From positions 8,556,001-8,620,000 of the forward strand of contig OZ365115.1 of the NCBI GenBank assembly GCA_977030845.1: a DNA stretch of 64,000 nt, read 5' to 3'. Below the pieces are notes generated by a model. The model made no database searches and was not told the DNA's origin. It was given only the letters and a program-made list of their open reading frames with translations. The position numbers and the translations under genes were made by a program. Every line of letters starts with the position of its first letter. Position 1 is the first letter of the stretch. This stretch comes from Fimbriosthenelais zetlandica. Lineage: Eukaryota. Shown piece after piece: positions 56,632-64,000 of this stretch.

Positions 56632-58465
56632 TTATACTGTGAAATGTGTTTCAGCAGCGTTTGGTGGGAGATTATGCTGCTTCCTCATGTGCCAGTTCAT
56701 GGACGATTTCTGCCTGCATGTATAGTCACAGAACTGGCAGGCCACTGGTTTCTCATCTCTGTGAATCAGCATGTGAGTTTTGAGATGGGAGGTTGTTTTG
56801 AACAATTTGTTACATCCAGGCCAAGTACAAGGTTTGTACTGTACAGGGCGATGAGCAGAGCTCTTATGGTTACTCAGGTTGCCTTTTCTCACACTCCGTC
56901 CACAAATCTCACAACACACCATGTCTGAACCATGGGTCCGGGTCAGGTGCTTCTTTACTGCCTTCTTGTTCTTGAACATTTTATGACACTCAGGACATTC
57001 AAACTCACGAGTTTCCTGATGAGAATTTAACTTATGGTCTCTCACCAGTATTAAGGTACCAAAAGCCATGCCACAAATCTCACATATCACCTCTTTCTTG
57101 GGCTCCTCAGTCCCATGTACTTTGTGCATGTGCTGGAGTTTGGCATAATCATTGTTGAAAAATCTGTGGCAGATCATGCATGTTTTTGCAAGTCGAGCTT
57201 CACTAGCTGTTGATATGTCAGTCATCAGTGGCTCACCACGCACATACAGTTTTTTATTCTCAGAGCTACCTTCACTTGGATCATGTTCAACTGAATCACC
57301 TTCCATTTCGCCATCACGTTCAACAACATTGGCGAGGCACTGGTCATATATCTCTTTCCATGCTGGATCTTTCCCACGTGAAAGAGCATGCTTCCCTATC
57401 AGATGCACTGTTAGTTTGGAACGTGGAATCCTTTCATTACAGAGTGTGCAACCAATAGTTTTAACTCCGTGAATACTGCGGAGATGGGCTGTCAAGTTGA
57501 AGTGGTTCCTCATATCCTTGTAACATAAGGGGCATTTGAGGTCCCCTTCCTCCCCCACATGTACATGTTTAATATGCCGTGTGAGATTGATATCGTTTTT
57601 AAAGATTTTGTCACATTGTGGACATTTAACTTCAGTCCCTGTATTGTGTAGCACATACACATGACGTCTGAGATTGGCAGCTATTCCAAAGGAGGCACCA
57701 CACATATCACAGCAGTGTTCTTTGGTAGGCTCCTCTGCACCATGTTCTTTATGCATGTGCTGTAGTTTACTGTATTTATCATTGAATGATCTTCCACATA
57801 TATTACAAGAACGTCGAGGTGTCCGAGACTTCTTCAGACCAACATAATTTCTGTGTTTACGTCTGTTATGCATTCGTAAAGCTGACTTGGTCTTGAAGAC
57901 TTTATTGCAGTGGAGACAATTGGCCTGATCCTTGTAGTCCTTATGATCTGTATGCAAATGACTTTCTAGCTCCGAAAGTGCATCAAATGATTTTCCACAC
58001 ACCTTACAGGTGTGACGTGGATTAAATTCTTCAATGCCATGGTCTTCTTGCATGTGCTGAAGTTTGCTCTGCTTATTTGTAAACTGTTTCAAACACAAAA
58101 GACATGTGTTTTCATTTTCAGATGGAAACTTTTCTGCCCGGCCCTTGAGCCGCTTTGAGCGCACCTTACTTGCCATCATTGTTTGCCTTTGTGATTTGCC
58201 ACGTCCAGCATCAGGAGGTGGGTTTCTATCTTCATAAGAAGGATCGTCATGATCAGAAGATGTTGTGCAGCTGCCCTCAGATTCCATATCATCTATCTCA
58301 TCTTTAAATGATCTATCATGTGCTAATACTCTGTGGTGCCTGTCATAGCCATGGCCATCAGTGTCGGTCTTTGGGAAAGTGTAAGGTCTGGGTTTCACAC
58401 ATTCTTCTCCCCCTCTTTGCCTCAGTGTCACAGGTAAGGGAACGTGATCCTTCTGGTGAAAAGCA
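56632..58465 (-). CDS. U10 C2H2 zinc-finger terminal exon, ~14 fingers
   Basis: Consensus acceptor at 58465 (T GCT TTT CAC CAG); 1834=3n+1. Confidence 0.92.
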
Positions 58466-58667
58466 CTGTAAAAAGAGGGCGAGAGAAGAAACTGTCACTG
58501 AGTGTGTAAACCATGATAGTAAATGTCCGTTTTTTGGATGCTCGTTATCAGATTTAAAAAGTTGTATATATTGACACAAGGCAATCAAATGGCAATGAAC
58601 ATAATAGTCTCCTAGAGCAATTCAAAGCAAGAATGTCTTTCAAGAAGTATTCTAAATCTAAACAGGC

Positions 58668-60360
58668 CTAATGATGTTGTTTTTTCATGTGCCAATTAAG
58701 GGACGTTTTCTGTCTACATCGATAGTCACAGAGCTGACAAGCAAGTGGTTTGTGATCTGTGTGTACATTTAAGTGGTTTTCAAGGTGATGTTTCCGTCTG
58801 AATCTTTTATGACAGTCAGGCCAAGGGCATGGCATGAAAGTATTACCATGTTTCCTCCTCTTATGTGCAGCAAGATAACCTGGTTTAAAACTCAACCCAC
58901 AGATATCACAACAAACCAGGTTTGTTTCATGAACAAGTGTCATATGTTTCTGTAAAATGAATTTATTTTTAAGTGTTTTCATACACTTGGAACATTGCAC
59001 CTCAAGGCCAGATTCATGCTTGTTCATTTTGTGTTCACGAAGCAGTTGTTTAGTACCAAATGCTGTACCACAAACATCACATATCATCTCCTTTGGAGGC
59101 TTCTCACCACCATGAACTTTGTGCATGTGTTGAAGCTTGGAATAAACGTCCCTGAAATATTTTTTACACACACAACATTTTTTTTCATAAGGGTTCTTCC
59201 ACCTGTGGTAAGAGTCAGAACGTTTTTTCAACCAATCACTTTTGTCAAATACGGGCACACTATTTGGTGAAGCACTCTGGGTTCGATGTGTTGCTAAGAG
59301 ATTTTGTTGGACATCTGCAGACTGCTTTATGGACTGTTCATGAACCTCACTTCTGTCAACTCGAGCTACTGACACACTTGCTGAAGGTCTTTGGCTTGTT
59401 TCTAATTCATCCTCTTCAACATCGGCCAACTGCTTTAAGGACTGATCATAAACCTCTTTCCACAAGGGCTTGTTGGATCGGGAGAGTTTATGGGCTCTTA
59501 GAAGGTGTTCAGTGAGATATGAACCCTTCTTGGTACAGCCACAAATGGCGCAGATAACAAGCTGGCTATAATGAACCCTAGCCATGTGATAACGAAGGTT
59601 CACCTTGTTCCTCATATTTTTATTACAAATTGTACACATCTCATCTTCTGGCTTGCCTTGATGCATTTGAACAATGTGTTTACGCAAGTTAAGGTTATTC
59701 TTGTAGGTTTTACCACAGTGAGGGCAATCGACCTCAGTAGCCTCATGAATTGTTAGGTTATGGCGCTTCAATGAAGACATGTTAGCAAACTGTTTCACAC
59801 ATAGATTACACCAGAACTGCCTGTCAGGATCAGGTCCACCATGTTTATGATGCATATGTCGATCCCTGCCACGTTTTGATCTAAATCTTTTGCCACATTC
59901 TTCACATGTGCGCCTGTTCCTAGCTTTCCCTGGCCTTTTAACACTTTGTTTTCTTTGCAACACAGACTCAGGTGACCCACGAATACACGCATCGTTTTCA
60001 GAACCTTCCACATCACCAAGTATTTCTAAACTATCGGATGTTTCCAACATCATCTGCCCTTTTACTACAATGCTCTTTTCTTTGTCCTTTGATGTTCCTG
60101 CATTATTCTCAGTACAGATTGTATCAGAACTATTTTCTTGCTCATCTAATTTTTCTGTATCATATAAATCTTCATCTTCATCACCCGTTTCTAGCTTTAT
60201 GTCAAGGTAAGAAGGTGTCCTTATGATTTTCGAATCAGATGAAGGCATATTCTGCTCATGCTTGTCACCATGGAAGGATTGAGGCTGGTGGTTTTGCTCT
60301 TGCCCAGTTATATCCTTCCCCACCAGTGACTCTCTTCCTCTCTCCGACCAATCACATCCA
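58668..60360 (-). CDS. U11 C2H2 zinc-finger terminal exon, 11 fingers (divergent subgroup)
   Basis: Acceptor CAGTGACAATCTCTTCTCTCTTTACAG|T GGA TGT at 60360; 1693=3n+1. Confidence 0.92.
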
Positions 60361-60380
60361 CTGTAAAGAGAGAAGAGATT

Positions 60381-60433
60381 GTCACTGGTGGATCAGTCAC
60401 TGGGGGGCCAGTCACTGGTGGAACAGTCACAGG
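60381..60433. repeat. 15-bp tandem repeat (GTCACTGG core x4) upstream of the U11 acceptor
   Basis: GTCAC(T/A)GG at 60381, 60396, 60411 and 60426; only two copies upstream of U12. Confidence 0.85.
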
Positions 60434-60919
60434 CTGAGGCATGAGCAAAGCCTCAGCAACTTTCCTTCCTGGAATATCATCGTCAAATGCAGACCAACTG
60501 TCCAGCCTCAGTGAGCTGCCACACTTTATATCAAATACCTATGCATTTGGAATTTTGATAGGTTTATTACAATGACGAGTTCAATAAATAAGACCAGAGC
60601 TTTACTGACCTATATAATTTTCCTTAAATCTAAAGCTTACAATTGTTCCAGTACAAAGTTACTCCCAGACAACAATAACATTCTTTTAAACCTAAATATC
60701 ACATCAGTAAGGCGAAAATTGACCTCTTTCACAACAGAAGCAACGGTGATAGACGGTTCAAAAGTTACAAAAAAATGGAAGTTTCCCAATTCATATGCAT
60801 TATAATAAAGCCCTCTTAGGCCCTATAGAAACCATCACTCAAGGTTCTGTCTTCAATACTAATGAACATAAGTCTACAAGAGCAATTCAAAGCAAGATTA
60901 GAGAACATCTTTTAACAAA

Positions 60920-62723
60920 TTATTCTGAAGCTAAAAGGGCAAAGGGATGGTGTTTATTAATGTGGCAATTAAGGGACGATTTCTGTCTACATCGATAGAC
61001 ACAATGTGGACAGGTGTGTGGTTTGTGATCTCTGTGTACGTTTAAATGGTTTTCAAGGTGTAGTTTCCGTCTGAATGTTTTATGACAGTTAGGCCAAGGG
61101 CATGGCATGAAAGTATTACCATGTTTCCTCTTCTTATGTGCAGCAAGATAACCTGGTTTAAAACTCATCCCACAGATATCACAACAAACCAGGTTTGTTT
61201 CATGAACAATTGTCATATGTTTCTGCAAGGTAACCTTATTTTTCAGTGTTTTCATACACTGAGGGCATTGCACCTCAAGGCCAGTTTCATGCACATACAT
61301 TTTGTGTTCACGAAGCAGTAGATCAGTACCAAATGCTGTACCACAAATATCACATATCATTTCCTTGACAGGCTTCTCTCCACCATGAACTTTGTGCATG
61401 TGTTGAAGCTTGGAATAAAGATCCTTAAAAATTCTATTACACACAGGACATACTTTGTTCTCAAGGGTTCTTGGTCTGTGATGAGTTACTGAATCTCTTG
61501 CCACATTACTGTCAACGACTGACACTGTATCTGCTGAAACATTTTGATTTGTTTCTTGCAGATTTTGTTGGACATCTGCAGACTGCTTTATGGACTGGTC
61601 ATGAACCTCACTTGCATCAACTACTGACACACTCACTGATGTACTTTGGCTGGTTGCTGGCAGATTTTTTTCAACATAAGCAGACTTTATGGACTGCTTA
61701 TAAACCTCTTTCCACAAGGGGTCTTTCCGAAAGAGTTTATGGACCCTCTGAATGTGTTCCCTGAGATATGTACGATTCCTTGTACAGCCACAAATGGCAC
61801 AGACAACAATCTGTTTTTTATGAACACAAGAAATGTGATTCGAAAGCTGCACCTTGGTTGTCATATGCTTATTACACATTGTACACTTCAATTCTTCTGC
61901 ATTGCCTTGATGCATTTCAACAATATGTTTACGCAAGTTAAACTTAGTCTTAAATGTTTTTCCACACTTGGGGCATTTCTGTTCAGTACCCTCTTCATGA
62001 ATATTTCTTATATGACACTTTAATGTAGCCATGCTAACAAACTGTTTTTCACATGTATCACACCAATATTCTTTCACGGGATTAGGGCCACCATGTTTCT
62101 GGTGAACATGCATGTCCTTAGCACGTTTTGAGCCAAATCTTCTGCCACATTCCTCACATCTTCTCAATGTCCAGCCCCTTTTCCTGCCTTTCTTTGGTCT
62201 TTTAACACCTTGTTTTCTCTTTGATAGAGACTCAGCTGACGCACCAATACTAGTACAGTTTTTAAAATCCTTAATTTCTGAAACTTCCTCATCACCATGT
62301 ATTTCTAAACCATCTGATTTTCCCAAATTCAACTGCTCTTCATCTTCAAGGCCCTCAACGCTCTTTTGTTTTTCCCTTGATGTACCTGCCTGATCCTCAA
62401 TATCTAAAATAGGAGAATCAAAATGGGACTGAAGAAGCTTCTGATCTGCATCAATGATTGGTTTCGATTCCGGTGAATCACTGTTTGAGCACATGTCAGT
62501 CACTTGATGCTCATCATATATTACTGTATCATATGAATCATCATCATCAGTTTCTGGCTTTATGTTAATATAAATATGTTTCCTTAAGCTTTTCAATTCA
62601 GACGAAGCCATATTCTGCTCCTGCTTGTCACCATGATCGGATTGATGCTGATGGTTTTGCTCTTGCCCAGTTATATCCTTTCCCACAAGTGATTCTCTTC
62701 TTCTCTCCGACCCATCACATCCA
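60920..62723 (-). CDS. U12 C2H2 zinc-finger terminal exon, 11 fingers (paralog of U11)
   Basis: Acceptor CAGTGACAATCTCTTCTCTTTTTACAG|T GGA TGT at 62723; 1804=3n+1. Confidence 0.92.
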
Positions 62724-63060
62724 CTGTAAAAAGAGAAGAGATTGTCACTGGTGGGACAGTCACAGGCTGAGGTATGAGCAAAGCCTCAGCAACTTTCCTT
62801 CCTGGAAGTAATCAAATGAAGACCCTCTCTTGGGCCTCAATAAGTGGGCTGCCATACCTTATACCATTAATCAATACCTTTATGTATTTTTAAATTTTGA
62901 GAAGTTGAATATTGTGTCACGTTCAATTAATAAGACCAAAAGCCTTGTAAATTCTAAAACTGACCTAAGTAATCTTGCTTACAGTTTTCTAGAACATTCT
63001 TTCAAACCTAAATGTCACATCACTCAGTGTGTCATATTTGGAATTAAACTACTACTAAAG

Positions 63061-63112
63061 TTATTTCTTTTCCCACCATGACTCTCTACTTCTCTCCAAC
63101 CAATCATGTGCA
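63061..63112 (-). pseudogene. 5' stub of a deleted U11/U12-like exon (AG retained, frameshift, early stop)
   Basis: CTCTTGACAG|T GCA CAT GAT TGG TTG GAG AGA AGT AGA GAG TCA TGG..TAA (AHDWLERSRESWWEKK*) versus U11 GCDWSERGRESLVGKD; a 1-nt deletion causes the stop. Confidence 0.75.
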
Positions 63113-63146
63113 CTGTCAAGAGACTGGCGGGACAGTGACATAACAT

Positions 63147-63258
63147 CACACTCCGCACAGTGGCGCTCCAGTCGTTCCTCCTGACAACAAGTAGAAGCAT
63201 AGAACTGTAGGAGAGTAGGAAGGGAGGAAGGACTGGAGCGCCACCGTGCGGAGTGTGT
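63147..63258. mobile_element. ~112-bp MITE with long terminal inverted repeats and 8-bp target-site duplication
   Basis: CACACTCCGCACAGTGGCGCTCCAGTC (63147-63173) pairs with 63231-63257 (26/27), the stem continues inward through TTCCTCC/GGAGGAA, and CATAACAT direct repeats flank it at 63139-63146 and 63259-63266. Confidence 0.75.
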
Positions 63259-63784
63259 CATAACATGTTTGTATATTACTGTACATCACAGAGGGAGCCA
63301 CTGAGCGAGGGAGCCACTGAGCTCTCCAGATACCCCATTAAAAGTAGAAGAGTAGCTCCCAAGAAACTAAGCCGGCGTCATGTGTTCTGTACTCTATCCC
63401 ATCTACCCATCAGTTCCATATCAGTTTATGATAAGATGCTGGAAAACACCAAATGAAGATCTTATGTTCAGCCATAGTGAGCTGTCATACCTTGGACCTA
63501 TATTGAAAATGTCATGCTTCCAGAGGATGAAAAATTCAATGAATGACAACTCTAAGGATTCCAAAATTGACCTAACTAATTTTATTAGTTTGAAGCTTAC
63601 ATTACATAGTAACAATACTAAGTAATTTCTAGCCAACAAAGATTTCTTTCAAACATAAGTAACCAAAAAATATATCCAAATATGTAATACACACCAGCTT
63701 TGCCACTTCAAGCAAAGTTCAGGCTCAATCAAATTAAGAAAATAGTTCTCATCTTCTCAACTTCCTAGGCCCCCTACTTTCTTT

Positions 63785-64000
63785 TTATCCTAACGAACCC
63801 CCCTCACATTTTGGGCCAGTCTTATCATATCCAGGATGGTGTTTTTTCATGTGCCAGTTCATGGCAGCTCGCTGTCTACATCTATAATCACAAAGCTCAC
63901 ATCCAAGAGGTTTCTCATCATTATGTATACGCATGTGGACCTTCAGACCATCACTCCGCTGAAAAGTCTTACTACACCCGTCAAAGGGACAATGTATTCG
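63785..64000 (-). CDS. U13, 3' end of a further zinc-finger unit (partial; absent from the ORF track)
   Basis: Manual translation: RIHCPFDGCSKTFQRSDGLKVHMRIHNDEKPLGCELCDYRCRQRAAMNWHMKKHHPGYDKTGPKCEGGSLG*, matching the last two fingers of the other units. Confidence 0.88.
   Translation of the reverse strand, partial: RIHCPFDGCSKTFQRSDGLKVHMRIHNDEKPLGCELCDYRCRQRAAMNWHMKKHHPGYDKTGPKCEGGSLG

Larger units (their letters stand above)
30628..64000 (-). other. Tandem array of at least 13 paralogous C2H2 zinc-finger terminal exons (U1-U13), continuing past the window end
   Basis: Twelve complete ORFs and one partial ORF, same strand, head-to-tail; each complete ORF is preceded by a conserved phase-2 acceptor; spacers 202-1682 bp. 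Confidence 0.9.

Noticed and set aside
60381-60433. CRISPR-like or other repeat-spacer array
   Set aside because: Eukaryotic context, 15-bp tandem units with no unique spacers, and no cas genes.
31006-62393. Recurrent plus-strand ORFs (e.g. 31006-31242, 34111-34392, 49282-49641, 57152-57472)
   Set aside because: Antisense shadows of the zinc-finger exons; they recur because the fingers do, and their ends are inconsistent.
30628-64000. Cluster of independent intronless genes or retrocopies
   Set aside because: Does not explain the conserved same-phase acceptors, the frame-preserving indels upstream of the first ATG, or the promoterless U4 spacer.
30628-64000. Protocadherin-type variable first exons spliced to constant downstream exons
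   Set aside because: Each unit ends in a stop and starts at an acceptor, which is the opposite polarity.
30628-64000. Spliced-leader trans-spliced operon
   Set aside because: Not excluded but disfavoured: the sequence between acceptor and first ATG behaves as coding rather than as 5'UTR.

Overview
AT-rich animal genomic DNA, probably a marine invertebrate (species cannot be determined); no prokaryotic features, RNA genes or CRISPR arrays were found. Left part: a (GAAT)n microsatellite, a 130-bp N gap, a YY1/ETS/CCAAT promoter at ~5.0 kb, and a plus-strand CYP2-clan cytochrome P450 whose five 3' exons (8835-11082) splice cleanly in frame but whose N-terminal exon I could not find. The 11-30 kb stretch is mostly non-coding and ends in a CpG-rich promoter built around a perfect 24-bp inverted repeat (30.2-30.4 kb). 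Main result: 30.6-64 kb is a head-to-tail minus-strand array of at least 13 related C2H2 zinc-finger ORFs (U1-U13, 11-17 fingers each, all intact). They do not look like independent genes. Each of the 12 complete units starts at a conserved 3' splice acceptor (consensus CAGTGACAGTTTCTTCTCTCGCCCTCTTTTTACAG|TG), all 12 are in the same phase (exon length 3n+1) and end in a stop codon, and spacers are as short as 202 bp with no recognisable first exon. The best explanation (inference) is one gene whose shared 5' coding exon(s), right of the window, splice to one of 13 or more alternative zinc-finger terminal exons, a lola/mod(mdg4)/broad-like design. Recognition helices are diversified, finger modules are shuffled between units, and dead-exon relics lie in the spacers.
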